From: Minisyncoccota bacterium
GTDB lineage: Bacteria; Patescibacteriota; Minisyncoccia; UBA6257; 2-01-FULL-56-20
Reading direction: 5' to 3'
Length of the DNA stretch: 64,000 nt
NCBI GenBank assembly: GCA_035541435.1
Contig: DATKNL010000010.1
Coordinates: forward strand, 30,250-94,249
The position numbers were made by a program, and so were the translations under genes. The notes under the pieces were generated by a model. That model saw only the letters and a list, made by a program, of their open reading frames with translations. It did no database searches and was not told the DNA's origin. The number at the start of each line of letters is the position of its first letter. Position 1 is the first letter of the stretch. Below are positions 25,576 to 35,449 of this stretch, piece by piece.

Positions 25576-26922
25576 TCACAATTCCACGCTTTCGCCTGTT
25601 TTTGGCGCTTCGGCCGCAACGTTGAACTCTTCCGTGATCTTTGCCGCGAGCGTCGCGCTCGACTGCGGCTCGCCCTGAACGACGAACACCTTTTTCAGGG
25701 TGGTTTTCATGTGCCCGACCCATGAGAGAAGCCGGGGCTGGTCCGCGTGCGCCGAATAGCCCGGGATATTCACCTTGCGGCACCGGACCGGAATGGTCTC
25801 ACCAAAGATTTTCACCTCGTGGGCACCCTCAAGAAGGGTCCTGCCGAGCGAACCCTGGGCCTGATAGCCGACGAAGATGATTTCGCTCTTCGGATCGGAA
25901 AGATAGCGCTGTTCGTGATGCAGGATGCGCCCGCCGTTCGACATGCCCGAACCCGCGATGATGATCTTCGGCGGCGGGACGTCGTTGATCTCCTTCGACT
26001 GCTCGGTCGTGAGGGTGAGCCGCAACCCGGGAAAGTTCAGGATGTCGTCGCCTGATGCGGCGATGTGCCGCGTTTCCTGATTGAAGTAGTTTTCGTGCTT
26101 CTTATAGACGGCCGTCAGCTTGATCGCAAGCGGGCTGTCGATGAAGACGGGCACGCGCGGGATCCGCTTTTCTTCGAAAAGCTGATGAAGATGATACAGG
26201 AGCTCCTGGGTGCGTTCCATCGCGAACGTCGGGATCATCAGCACGCCGCCGGCCTTCACGGTGTCGTCAACCGCCCGTTCAAGCATCTCGCGACGCTGAT
26301 CGACGTTCTTATGGACGCGGTCCCCGTAGGTCGACTCGATGATGCAGTAATCGGCGGCATCGAGCGTTTCGGTCGGCTTGATGATCGGCGCGGGCGAATT
26401 GCCGAGGTCCCCCGAAAACACGACCGTCTTGCCCTCGGCCTGGACGCGCACGATGGCGGAACCGAGGATGTGCCCCGCGTCGAACAGGTCGACGGCGAAT
26501 TCGCCGACGGACACCCGCTCGTGATAATCGAGACCGCGCCACCGGCTCATGACGTGTTCGATGTCCTGGTCGCCATAGAGCGGCTCGCGGTGCTCGCGCT
26601 CAGCCTCCTTCGAAAGCAGGTGCTCCGAATCAAGCAGCATGAGTTCCGCGAAATCACGAGTCGCCCCGGTGGAATAGATTGTCCCCTTGAATCCGGCCTT
26701 GACGAGACTCGGCAGGCGGCCGATATGGTCGAGATGCGAATGCGTTATGAAAACGGCGTCGACCTGCTCGACGGGATAGGGAAAGGGATCGAAGTTCTCC
26801 CGTTCGGCATAATGGCTTCCCTGGTGAAGGCCGCAATCCACCATGATCTTCGTCCCGCCCGCCTCTAGTATGTAATTCGCCCCAGTCGCCTCGCCGGTGC
26901 CTCCATAAAAGGTAAGTTTCAT
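25576..26922 (-). CDS. MBL-fold beta-CASP ribonuclease (YSH1/Cft2-like)
   Basis: VDCGL.QG, THSHLDHIG, AGHILGS, FSGDLG, ESTYG, SGMSNGGRI.HH and SAHAD motifs. Confidence 0.92.
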   Translation of the reverse strand: MKLTFYGGTGEATGANYILEAGGTKIMVDCGLHQGSHYAERENFDPFPYPVEQVDAVFITHSHLDHIGRLPSLVKAGFKGTIYSTGATRDFAELMLLDSEHLLSKEAEREHREPLYGDQDIEHVMSRWRGLDYHERVSVGEFAVDLFDAGHILGSAIVRVQAEGKTVVFSGDLGNSPAPIIKPTETLDAADYCIIESTYGDRVHKNVDQRREMLERAVDDTVKAGGVLMIPTFAMERTQELLYHLHQLFEEKRIPRVPVFIDSPLAIKLTAVYKKHENYFNQETRHIAASGDDILNFPGLRLTLTTEQSKEINDVPPPKIIIAGSGMSNGGRILHHEQRYLSDPKSEIIFVGYQAQGSLGRTLLEGAHEVKIFGETIPVRCRKVNIPGYSAHADQPRLLSWVGHMKTTLKKVFVVQGEPQSSATLAAKITEEFNVAAEAPKTGESVEL

Positions 26923-26956
26923 ATCCTTCTATTATAAGGGGTCGGCCGACAGATCC

Positions 26957-28255
26957 TCAATTCGCCCGGCCGGCCCTCCTCGCAAGCTCCTCCTCGAAGA
27001 CGGCGCTCTCATTCCAGGGCACGCTTGTCCCGTTCGCCCCGTGGATCGATTCCTCGCTCCCTTTGCCGGTCCCGATTACGACATCGCCCTCGCGCATGCC
27101 AGCGACGGCCGCCCTGATTGCCTCGCGACGATCGTCGACCACATGTACCGGCACCTTGCGGGCGCCGTCCATACCGGCAACGATCTCGCGCATGATCGCG
27201 CGGGGATCCTCGTCGTAAGGGTCCTCGTTCGTGACGAAAATCTCATCGCAGTAGCGCGTTGCGATCTCGCCCATCGCCGGGCGCTTCCAGCGGTCCCGGC
27301 CGCCGCCGGCCGAGCTCAACACGCAGATCAGCCGGGGATGCTCATGAAGCGCGTCAGGGACCGGCCGCGCGGCCCGATAGGCGGCTTCGAGCGATTCGGG
27401 CGTATGGGCATAATCGACGACGGCCGTGAAGGCGCCGCGCCGTACGAACTCCATCCTGCCGGGAACACCTCGGAATTCGGCGAGTGCCCGATCGATGGCC
27501 TCCTCTTTTATTCCGCATGCCTTGGCGAGAGCGATGGCCGCCGCAGCGTTTTCTTTGTTGAAGTCACTCAGCACGAACTCCTGTGGGCCGTCCGTCCGCT
27601 CGAAGCTGCGGACCGCGCCCTCGTCGAGGCGCGAATATGAAACCGACCCTTCCTTCATGACGGCCCCGCCGCCGCGCGACGCTCGTTCAAGCGCTTCGCG
27701 ATAAAAATCGTACTCCTTGTCGTCCCGGTTCAGAAAGACCCTGCCGCCGCGGCGCGCGACATATAAGAGGAATTCGAGCTTGGCGGCCCGATAGTTCTCA
27801 TAGGAACCGTGCCAATCGATGTGCTCGGGAGCGAGGTTCGTGAGGGTCGCAAAATCCCATTCGATGAACCGGTGCCGGTGCAGGGCGACGCCCTGCGACG
27901 TGACCTCGACGAGCGCATAGCGGCACCCGGCGCGGCGCGCGCCCGAAAAGAATTTTTGGATGAAACCGCGACCCGGCATGGAATTGCCGGTTCGGTTCTT
28001 GCGCGTCTCGTCGCCGACCTTCACCCGAAGCGACGACAGGAGCGCGGTCCTTTCGCCGCCTGCCTCAAGCATCGCGTTCAGAAGTTCGAGGGTCGTCGTT
28101 TTTCCCTTCGTTCCCGTGACGCCGATCACGATGAGGCCCCGCCCGGGATGCCCGTGCCGCACCGATCCGAGCCACGCCCAGGCATAATGATAAGCGCCAC
28201 GAATGCCCGGCATGCTCGCGACGGCGCCCGAAATGCGTGATTTGAACGACGGCAT
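26957..28255 (-). CDS. murE: UDP-N-acetylmuramoyl-tripeptide ligase (MurE-like)
   Basis: GVTGTKGKTTT, EVTSQG, TNLAPEHIDWH, GRME, VDYAHTP, GGGRD..KRP.MG and EDPYDE motifs. Confidence 0.88.
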   Translation of the reverse strand: MPSFKSRISGAVASMPGIRGAYHYAWAWLGSVRHGHPGRGLIVIGVTGTKGKTTTLELLNAMLEAGGERTALLSSLRVKVGDETRKNRTGNSMPGRGFIQKFFSGARRAGCRYALVEVTSQGVALHRHRFIEWDFATLTNLAPEHIDWHGSYENYRAAKLEFLLYVARRGGRVFLNRDDKEYDFYREALERASRGGGAVMKEGSVSYSRLDEGAVRSFERTDGPQEFVLSDFNKENAAAAIALAKACGIKEEAIDRALAEFRGVPGRMEFVRRGAFTAVVDYAHTPESLEAAYRAARPVPDALHEHPRLICVLSSAGGGRDRWKRPAMGEIATRYCDEIFVTNEDPYDEDPRAIMREIVAGMDGARKVPVHVVDDRREAIRAAVAGMREGDVVIGTGKGSEESIHGANGTSVPWNESAVFEEELARRAGRAN

Positions 28256-28273
28256 GCTGCGTTGTAGCGGCGG

Positions 28274-28852
28274 TTATTTTTTGCTGAGCACGGCGAGCGC
28301 CGCCTTGAGGCGCGCCTCGGTCCCGCTCACGCCGGCGTCGACTTTCTGCAGCGCGGCCCGCGCCTCGTCGCGGCGGTACCCGAGGCTGACGAGCGCCTCG
28401 ACGAGGTCCGCGTCGGTCTGCATCTTCTCGACCACCAGCCCCGACTTCGCCGACTGCACCTTCGTGCGCAGTTCGACGATGACCCGTTCGGCCGTCTTGC
28501 GACCGATGCCCGACGCGCGCGTGAGGAGGTCGGGACGGCCCTCTTTGATGGCAGCCGAAAGCTCGTTGAGCGGCGCAACGTCGAGGATGGAAAGCGCCGA
28601 CTTCGGACCGACGCCCGAAACCGAAATGAGCATTTCAAAAAAGATCAGCTCCTCGTTCGACAGGAAGCCGTACAGGTCGAGGGCGTCCTCGCGCACATAT
28701 AAATGAGTGAAGAACGTCATCTCGCTGCCGATGGGCCGGAGCGATTCGACCGTCCGCTGGCTGGCGAAGATCCTCAATCCAAACCCGCCGACTTCAATAA
28801 CGGCCGTATGGCTCCCCTTGAACGCCAACTTCCCCGTCACGCTTGCAATCAT
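28274..28852 (-). CDS. ruvA: Holliday junction branch migration protein RuvA
   Basis: VREDALDLYGF, SVSGVGPKSAL, GIGRKTAERVIVEL and EALVSLGY motifs. Confidence 0.96.
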   Translation of the reverse strand: MIASVTGKLAFKGSHTAVIEVGGFGLRIFASQRTVESLRPIGSEMTFFTHLYVREDALDLYGFLSNEELIFFEMLISVSGVGPKSALSILDVAPLNELSAAIKEGRPDLLTRASGIGRKTAERVIVELRTKVQSAKSGLVVEKMQTDADLVEALVSLGYRRDEARAALQKVDAGVSGTEARLKAALAVLSKK

Positions 28853-28873
28853 GCTGTTATTATACGCCTGCCG

Positions 28874-28910
28874 AAAAAGAAATGCCCCGCCTGCATGAAG
28901 CAGCGGGGCG
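28874..28910 (-). terminator. Intrinsic terminator of the 82-aa ORF
   Basis: GCCCCGC...GCGGGGC stem with AAAAAGAAA on + strand (U-tract on minus). Confidence 0.6.
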
Positions 28911-28924
28911 CACGATGAATCCGT

Positions 28925-29173
28925 TCAATTGACCTTCTTTTTGGGATCCTCCCAGGGCCGCTTCGAGATGGCTTTCGCCGGATGCGCCGCGGCATAATCC
29001 CACACGAACCGAACCGCCTTCGCGAGACCGCGGTCCCGGCTGAAGGTTTCTTTGAATTCGGCGGTTGAGGTTGCTTCGTCAAAAACAGACCCCGCAATGT
29101 CGCTGCATCGTCTTCGCAGCTCGGTCCAAAAACCGTCGTCTTCCTCGAGAAGCACCGGTTCTCGCTTTTTCAT
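28925..29173 (-). CDS. Hypothetical protein (82 aa)
   Basis: ATG with upstream AAGGAG on the minus strand, a downstream terminator, and it fills the gap between ruvA and rpsT. Confidence 0.6.
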   Translation of the reverse strand: MKKREPVLLEEDDGFWTELRRRCSDIAGSVFDEATSTAEFKETFSRDRGLAKAVRFVWDYAAAHPAKAISKRPWEDPKKKVN

Positions 29174-29281
29174 GCCCTATTCTCCTTGAAAATGGTAAAG
29201 CCGCGGTGATTTTAGCAAAGCGGCGGCCCACTGTCCAGCGGACCCTTGTCAAACCGGCCTGGTTCGGCTATGCTAACCCCA

Positions 29282-29539
29282 ATGCCTATCACATCATCCG
29301 CCAAGAAAGCCTTGCGTCAGAACCGCACGCGCCGCGCGCGCAACGTCAAACGGCGCGAGGGCTACAAGAAGCTTGTGGTGAAATATCGCAAGCTCGTGGC
29401 CGCAAAAAGTACCGAGGAAGCCACGAAACTGATGCCACTCGTCTTCAAGGCACTCGACAAAGCCGCAAAGACGAAAGTCATCGAGAAAAACAAGGCGTCC
29501 CGGCTGAAGAGCCGCCTTTCGAAGCTCGTCAAAGCCTAA
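29282..29539 (+). CDS. rpsT: 30S ribosomal protein S20
   Basis: MPITSSAKKALRQ...LDKAAK..VI.KNKASRLKSRL. Confidence 0.96.
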   Translation: MPITSSAKKALRQNRTRRARNVKRREGYKKLVVKYRKLVAAKSTEEATKLMPLVFKALDKAAKTKVIEKNKASRLKSRLSKLVKA

Positions 29540-29567
29540 AAAATCGCCCGAGCAGGGCGGTTTTTTT
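29538..29567. terminator. Bidirectional intrinsic terminator between rpsT and holA
   Basis: AAAAAATCGCCC-GAGCA-GGGCGGTTTTTT. Confidence 0.82.
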
Positions 29568-29588
29568 ATTTCATAGCTGAGACCGCGC

Positions 29589-30368
29589 CTATCCGAGCGC
29601 GAAATCCACCAGCACTTCTTCGTATTCCAACCGGCCCGACTTGATCGCGACGTCATATTGCGCCACGAGCGGCATCCTGCTGCCGGCCTGTGCTGCGACG
29701 ATGTTGAAGATCTTCGCGGCCGGATCGTTGATCGCGAAAAGCGTCTCGAGGGCCGTCAGGCGGTTGCGGACATCGAATCCCTTCAGTCCCTGGATGAGCG
29801 CCCAGTAATTCGGTGCGGCGGCAAGTCCCATGTCGTCAAGATCGCTTTTTGCGATGACGGCCTTGAACGAGGCGAGCTTGTCGAGTTCGGTTATGACGGC
29901 CCAGGTCTGCCCCTCATAGACCGAGGCAAGGAACGCAGCCGCCGAAGGTTCGAGGACGAGGTCGCGCTTTTTCGCTTCGCCGTTCACGAATTTCACGAAT
30001 TCGGCACCGGCGGGCACTTCGAACTTCTGCGAGAGGACCGGCTCGTCGAGAAGGAACGCAAGCGCCTTTAGGGGCTTGTCCCGTTCCGCCACGAGCACCT
30101 GCAGTCCCTTCGCCGCAACGACCGGCTTCAGAGCCTCTTTCAGTTTTTCGGGCTGCGCCTCGAAGGCGTTCTCGATCACCGCGAGTTTCGCCGTCTCAAA
30201 CATCGGCTGATTGCGGACGAACGCGCCGAACGAATCGAACGCGTCCTTCGACGCGAGATCGAAAAAGCCCAGCCCCAGATCGGAGCGCTTCTTTCGGAAC
30301 TCCGCGATGATGTCCTTTTTCTTCTGTTCGCGCCGGTAGTCGTCCGGCCCGTAAAGGAAGATGATCAT
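29589..30368 (-). CDS. holA: DNA polymerase III delta subunit (short form)
   Basis: MIIFLYGPDDYR...MF...ELDKL...DVAIKSG, convergent with rpsT as is common. Confidence 0.82.
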   Translation of the reverse strand: MIIFLYGPDDYRREQKKKDIIAEFRKKRSDLGLGFFDLASKDAFDSFGAFVRNQPMFETAKLAVIENAFEAQPEKLKEALKPVVAAKGLQVLVAERDKPLKALAFLLDEPVLSQKFEVPAGAEFVKFVNGEAKKRDLVLEPSAAAFLASVYEGQTWAVITELDKLASFKAVIAKSDLDDMGLAAAPNYWALIQGLKGFDVRNRLTALETLFAINDPAAKIFNIVAAQAGSRMPLVAQYDVAIKSGRLEYEEVLVDFALG

Positions 30369-30390
30369 GAAAAAATCCGCGGCGCGCCGA

Positions 30391-32097
30391 TTACCTGCGC
30401 GCGAACGCCTTGCCGAAAATCGCGACGCCGGCCTTCGCTGAAACCGATGCGCGCGCCGACGCCGCCTTCATGAACTCGCGGAACAGCGGATTCGGCTTCA
30501 AGGGGTGCGAGGTGAATTCGGGATGGAACTGCGACCCCATGAAAAACGGGTGGCTTTCGCGGGGCAGCTCCATGACCTCCATAAGGCGCCGGTCGGGCGA
30601 CCGGCCCGAGAACGTCATGCCGGATTTTTCGATTTTTTTAATGAATGCGGGGTTAACCTCATAGCGATGCCTGTGGCGTTCCGAGATGCGGGTCGTGCCA
30701 TAGGCGGCTTCTGCCATGGTCCCTTTGGCAAGCACCGCCGGATAGGCCCCCAGGCGCATGGTTCCCCCGTAATTCCTGTCTTCCATAAGCTTTTTCTGCT
30801 CGGGGAGGATGTCGATTACCGGGAACCTGGTCTTCGGATCGATTTCGGTCGTGTTGGCGCCCTTCATCTTGAGCACGTTGCGGGCGAATTCGACGACGGC
30901 AAGCTGCATGCCGTAGCAGAGGCCGAGATACGGAATCTTGTTTTCGCGGCAATACCGGATCGCGTTCAGTTTGCCCTCGACGCCGCGGGCGCCGAAGCCG
31001 CCGGGCACGATGACGCCGTCGAGCTGCTCGAGATCCCGCAGGGACGCGGTGCTCCGTTCGAACTCCTCGGAATCAAGCCACCGGATTTCGGGACGCACGC
31101 CCCAATAGGATGCCGCGTGTTTGATCGATTCGATGACCGAGATATAGGAATCGGCGAGGATGAACTTTCCCGTCGAGAAATATTTCCCCACGATGCCGAT
31201 CTTCACGGTCTCGCGCGCGTTGCGGATGCGGTCGGCGAGCACGCGCCATTCCTTGAGGTCCTTCTTCGGCGGACGGATCTTGAGCTTCTCGAGGACCGAG
31301 TTGCCGAGGTTGTCCTTTTCGAAATTGATCGGCACGTCGTACAGGCTCGCGGCGTCCGGCGCCGAAATCACGTCCTTCGCGCGCAGGCTGCAGTTGAACG
31401 CGATCTTCTCCTTTCGCTTTTCGTCGAGCGCATATTTTGCGCGCGCAAGGATGATGTCGGGTTGCAGGCCGACCGAGTTCAGGGCCCGCACCGCATGCTG
31501 CGTCGGCTTGGTCTTCAGCTCGTTCTCGTCGCTCACGATCGGCAGATGGCTCACGAGGATGAGCGCGATGTCCTCGGGATGCTTGATGCGCATCATGCGG
31601 ACCGCCTCGAGGAACAGGATGTTCTCATATTCGCCCACCGTTCCGCCGATCTCGATCATCGTGACGTCGGCTTTCGAAAGCGCCGCCGCGTTCTCGATCC
31701 GTCGGATCACCTCGAGCGGGATGTAGGGCACGACGCTCACCGATCGGCCGCCATATCCCATGCCGCGCTCGCGTTCGATGACGGTCTTATAGATGCTGCC
31801 GGTCGTCATATAGTTCGCCGCCGAGAGGTTGCGGTCCAGGAACCGCTCATAGTTGCCCATGTCCTGGTCGCATTCCGTTCCGTCGTTCAAAACAAAAACC
31901 TCACCGTGCTCGGTGGGGTTCATCGTGCCCGCATCCACGTTCACATAGGGATCGATTTTGATCGCGGTGACCTCGAAACCGCGGGACTGGAGGATCTTGC
32001 CGATCGACGCCGATGCGATCCCCTTGCCGACGCCCGACATGACGCCTCCGACAACGAAAACGTATTTGCGGTTTCGGCGGGGCTTCTTCATCCACAT
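30391..32097 (-). CDS. pyrG: CTP synthase
   Basis: GGVMSGVGKG, KIDPYVNVDAGTMNPTEHGEVFV, KTKPTQH, GLCYGMQ, ERHRHRYE and QFHPEF motifs. Confidence 0.98.
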   Translation of the reverse strand: MWMKKPRRNRKYVFVVGGVMSGVGKGIASASIGKILQSRGFEVTAIKIDPYVNVDAGTMNPTEHGEVFVLNDGTECDQDMGNYERFLDRNLSAANYMTTGSIYKTVIERERGMGYGGRSVSVVPYIPLEVIRRIENAAALSKADVTMIEIGGTVGEYENILFLEAVRMMRIKHPEDIALILVSHLPIVSDENELKTKPTQHAVRALNSVGLQPDIILARAKYALDEKRKEKIAFNCSLRAKDVISAPDAASLYDVPINFEKDNLGNSVLEKLKIRPPKKDLKEWRVLADRIRNARETVKIGIVGKYFSTGKFILADSYISVIESIKHAASYWGVRPEIRWLDSEEFERSTASLRDLEQLDGVIVPGGFGARGVEGKLNAIRYCRENKIPYLGLCYGMQLAVVEFARNVLKMKGANTTEIDPKTRFPVIDILPEQKKLMEDRNYGGTMRLGAYPAVLAKGTMAEAAYGTTRISERHRHRYEVNPAFIKKIEKSGMTFSGRSPDRRLMEVMELPRESHPFFMGSQFHPEFTSHPLKPNPLFREFMKAASARASVSAKAGVAIFGKAFARR

Positions 32098-32121
32098 CAG
32101 TCTACTCCAAACCTGCGCAAC

Positions 32122-33444
32122 TTAAAAGAGGGTTTCGATGCTCACTTCGTGCTTGGGGATGAGGCTCGGGTCCGTCGGGAGGGCGAACGATACCGTCGTG
32201 CCCCGGTTGAGTTCCGATTCGACCCAGATTTCGCCGCCATGGGCCGCGATGATGCTTTTCGTGATGAAGAGGCCGAGCCCCGAACCCTCCGTCTGGAGCT
32301 TCATGGCGTTGTCGGCCCTATAGAACTTGGTAAACAGCTTCTCGACCGACTCCGGCGGGATGCCGATGCCCGTGTCCTTGACCGAAACCACGAGGAACGG
32401 CTTCCCCTGCATGGCGTCGACCTTCACGACGACCTCGCCGTTCTCGACGTTATAGCGGATGGCGTTCTCGAGGATATTCACAAGCGCAAGCGAAAGGCGG
32501 CGGGGGTCTACCATTACCCGGGGAAGGGCCGCCTGGGGGGCGTCGAAATAGATCTTGACCCCCGCCTTGTTGGCGGCGGGCAGCACGTTTGCCAAAACGG
32601 ACTGGATGAACGGCGCCAAGTCGGTCTCTTCGAACTTATAGCCGAACTGCCCGTCTTCCATTTTCGCGATATTGAGCAGGTCTTCGATCCGGCGAAGCAG
32701 GTTCTGCGAGGCCGCGAAGGTGTTGTCGACGATGACCTTGTTGGTTTCGCCGAGCGACGGGTCCGACGCCAGGGTCTGCAGCGCCCAGTTGATGTCCGTA
32801 ACCGGTCCCCGCAGCTGATGCGACGCGACCGTGATGAACTCGCTCCGGGACCTCAGGGCGAGGATCTGGGCCGTCCGGTCGCGGATGATCTTCAGGAATC
32901 CGGCGGCGTTCCCATGGTCGTCGGTCACCGGAGCCGTCGTCACCCTGAACTCGAACTGCGGGTCCGTGAACGAGACGTCGACCACCTGGGGCACGACGTT
33001 CTCCCCCGAACGCGCGATCACGCGGGGGGCAAGCGAGGGGAAGATGACCTGCGTCAGGGTCTTCCATCCGTCCCGCTCGACGTCCTGCGGCGTGAACTTG
33101 TGGCCGAGCGCGTCCTTCGCCGCGATCTTGAACAGGCGCTCGGCAGCGGGATTGAAGAACGTCGCCCGAAAATCCGGGTCGTAGACGATGAGCGCATCCT
33201 CGACGCTCGCAAGGATGCTCTTGAGTTCGCCCCGCTCGACGCTCGTGCCGTGATCGATGGATGCCGCTCGATAGGTCGCGGCGAAAACCAGGATCATGAC
33301 GGCCGCAAGCAGGCCTATCTCGATCCACGAGACAGGAGCGGCGAGAAAGATCGCCGCGATTACGATCGACGCGGCGACGGCCGCAAGAAGCAGCCAGGCG
33401 ACCCTGAACTCAGGCCAGGCGAAGATATTCCTCAGGCTTCCCAT
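32122..33444 (-). CDS. Membrane PAS-domain sensor histidine kinase (no adjacent response regulator)
   Basis: Two TM segments, PAS (FNPAAERLF), H-box ASHQLRGP, N-box NILENAIRY, G-boxes DTGIGIP and GSGLGL. Confidence 0.92.
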   Translation of the reverse strand: MGSLRNIFAWPEFRVAWLLLAAVAASIVIAAIFLAAPVSWIEIGLLAAVMILVFAATYRAASIDHGTSVERGELKSILASVEDALIVYDPDFRATFFNPAAERLFKIAAKDALGHKFTPQDVERDGWKTLTQVIFPSLAPRVIARSGENVVPQVVDVSFTDPQFEFRVTTAPVTDDHGNAAGFLKIIRDRTAQILALRSRSEFITVASHQLRGPVTDINWALQTLASDPSLGETNKVIVDNTFAASQNLLRRIEDLLNIAKMEDGQFGYKFEETDLAPFIQSVLANVLPAANKAGVKIYFDAPQAALPRVMVDPRRLSLALVNILENAIRYNVENGEVVVKVDAMQGKPFLVVSVKDTGIGIPPESVEKLFTKFYRADNAMKLQTEGSGLGLFITKSIIAAHGGEIWVESELNRGTTVSFALPTDPSLIPKHEVSIETLF

Positions 33445-33459
33445 GCCCTAATGATACCA

Positions 33460-34404
33460 TCAGAAAAGTGTGCCCTGGTTGTCGGGCGCCTTCTTTCGCT
33501 TGGGCTCCTTGGGCGGCTTTCGCGTCGGCGTTTCGGGCGTCGATGCCGCGAGAAACCGCTTAAGCAGCGAATCGAACCCCATTTCCATGAAATAATCGGG
33601 CACGCCCGAGGGGTTTTCGGGCGAGGCAAGCTCTTTTAACGATGGCATCGCAACCGGAACGTGCCGTTCAAGCGTCACCAGGGCTTCCGAAAGCTCGGCG
33701 TCTTTTTTAAAGGGGCCATAGCGCGCGGCAAGTTTGGGATCCTCGTGCAGCCGCTCGAACATTGCCTTCACCGTCCCGAACCGCTTGACGAGCTCGAGCG
33801 CGGTCTTCGGACCGATGCCGGGAACGCCCTTGATGTTGTCGGACGTGTCGCCCACGAGGGCCTTATAGTCGATCAGTCGGGACGGCGCGAGGCCGTATTT
33901 CGCGATGACGGCCTGCTCGTCATAGATCGTCGTATCGCTTACGCCCTTGTTGAACGTCTTCACCACCACGCGGTCGCCTTCGACGAGCTGGAGGGTGTCG
34001 CGATCCCCGGTCAGGATCACCACTTGAAGGTCGGGCTCCGTCTTGAACGCTTCGGCAAACGTGGCGATCAGATCGTCCGCCTCATAGCCAGGCACCTCGA
34101 ACGTTTTCACGCCGAACGCCTCGAACAGGTTGTGCGTCTCGATGATCTGCTTCACGAGTTCGTCGGCTGCAGGAGGGCGCTGGGCCTTGTATGCCGCATA
34201 CTGCTTGTCGCGAAAGGTCGGTTCCGGCCGGTCGAACAGCGCAGCGACATAATCGGGTCTCTCTTCGCGCCACAGCTTGATGAGGATGCTCGCGATGCCG
34301 TAGATGGCGCCCGACGGCCGCCCATCGGGCGTCGTGAGCGGCGGCAGCGCGTGAAAGGACCGATGGATGATCGAGTTCGCGTCGATAAGCAGCAGCTTCT
34401 TCAT
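33460..34404 (-). CDS. Stand-alone 5'-3' exonuclease / flap endonuclease (PolA N-terminal domain)
   Basis: LLIDANS..HR.FHA, YKAQRP, EADD, TGDRD and ALVGD.SDNIKGVPGIGPKTA motifs. Stops at QGTLF with no polymerase domain. Confidence 0.92.
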   Translation of the reverse strand: MKKLLLIDANSIIHRSFHALPPLTTPDGRPSGAIYGIASILIKLWREERPDYVAALFDRPEPTFRDKQYAAYKAQRPPAADELVKQIIETHNLFEAFGVKTFEVPGYEADDLIATFAEAFKTEPDLQVVILTGDRDTLQLVEGDRVVVKTFNKGVSDTTIYDEQAVIAKYGLAPSRLIDYKALVGDTSDNIKGVPGIGPKTALELVKRFGTVKAMFERLHEDPKLAARYGPFKKDAELSEALVTLERHVPVAMPSLKELASPENPSGVPDYFMEMGFDSLLKRFLAASTPETPTRKPPKEPKRKKAPDNQGTLF

Positions 34405-34889
34405 GCCGTTCGGTGGCGCGTCGTGATGATGCGCTCGTTTTCCTTCGCGCCGTGGCTGAACGCGATCCATCGCGCGTTCCGCGGAAGCACGCCTTTCAGA
34501 CGTTCCGGCCACTCGACGAATACGATGTTGCCCGGTTCCTCGAGCATGGACCAGAAACCGATGGGTCCGAGATGCCGGCCGTCCTTCTTGCTTGCGGCCT
34601 TGAGGCGATAGGCGTCCATATGGAAAACATTTTTAAAATGCGGGTCCTTCTTCGCGGGAAGACGATAGCGCCTGATGACGACGAAGGTCGGGCTCTGTAC
34701 GCGCTTCCTCACGCCGAAGCCGGAAAGAAATCCCTGGACGAACGTCGTCTTGCCGGATCCGAGCATTCCTTCAAGCGCGAAAACGATCGGAGACGGTTTT
34801 GGGCCCTCCTTGCGTATGGCCCGGGCAAGCGCCTTACCGAAATCCTTCGTCTCCTTCGATGATGAGCTGGTGAATTTTTTTGTCTGCAT
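34401..34889 (-). CDS. tsaE: tRNA t6A biosynthesis ATPase TsaE
   Basis: LEGMLGSGKTTFVQG, VQSPTF, HMDAYRL and VEWPE motifs. Confidence 0.93.
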   Translation of the reverse strand: MQTKKFTSSSSKETKDFGKALARAIRKEGPKPSPIVFALEGMLGSGKTTFVQGFLSGFGVRKRVQSPTFVVIRRYRLPAKKDPHFKNVFHMDAYRLKAASKKDGRHLGPIGFWSMLEEPGNIVFVEWPERLKGVLPRNARWIAFSHGAKENERIITTRHRTA

Positions 34890-35406
34890 GGGCGAGATAG
34901 GACCATCCGGCAAGCACGGCGGTCGCGAGAGCGACGGCAAGGCCGAACGCCTGAAGAAACCCGAACGAAGGATTGAGTGCGACGCCGAACGGATAATGCC
35001 CCACGGCAACGACGTCATCGATCGTCTGGTTGGGTGCTCCCGGCGTCGGATCGACGAACGCAAAATGCTGCGTGTCGGCTGTTCCGTAATCGGTACGGGA
35101 AAAGCTCTTTCCTTCGGGCGCAGGCCCGACAAAGGCTCCGTGATCGACGAGCGCCCCTCCGGGACCATATAACCATAATCCACCGTCCGAATTTTTCAAT
35201 GACAGCTTCGTGCTGGTTTTTGAAAACAGCGCATAACCGGACGGGCCCACAAAAACCGCTTCAATCACGTGAGGCTTTGCCCTGCCCCCGGTCCAAAGCG
35301 ACCATCCGGCCAGGCTCACCGACGAGCTGCCCGAATTGAAAAGTTCGACAAATTCGCCGTCATCCCTACCCTGGGGATTCGGATACCATTCATTTATATA
35401 GACCAC
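34834..35406 (-). CDS. Lamin-tail-domain protein with C-terminal TM
   Basis: INEWYPNP.G.D.GEFVELFN...LAGWSL...LKNSDG...PTPGAPN. Overlaps the tsaE start by 56 nt. Confidence 0.8.
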   Translation of the reverse strand: MVYINEWYPNPQGRDDGEFVELFNSGSSSVSLAGWSLWTGGRAKPHVIEAVFVGPSGYALFSKTSTKLSLKNSDGGLWLYGPGGALVDHGAFVGPAPEGKSFSRTDYGTADTQHFAFVDPTPGAPNQTIDDVVAVGHYPFGVALNPSFGFLQAFGLAVALATAVLAGWSYLAHADKKIHQLIIEGDEGFR

Positions 35407-35449
35407 GAGCCCATCCTATCCCGGGCGTGATTAAACCCTCATTAAATAT

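Noticed and set aside
30505-33639. 1044-aa + strand ORF and similar long ORFs (661..2217, 2954..4936, 18813..20594, 50823..53162, 60627..62768)
   Set aside because: Arg-rich, motif-free antisense shadows of well-supported minus-strand genes, expected from high-GC codon bias.
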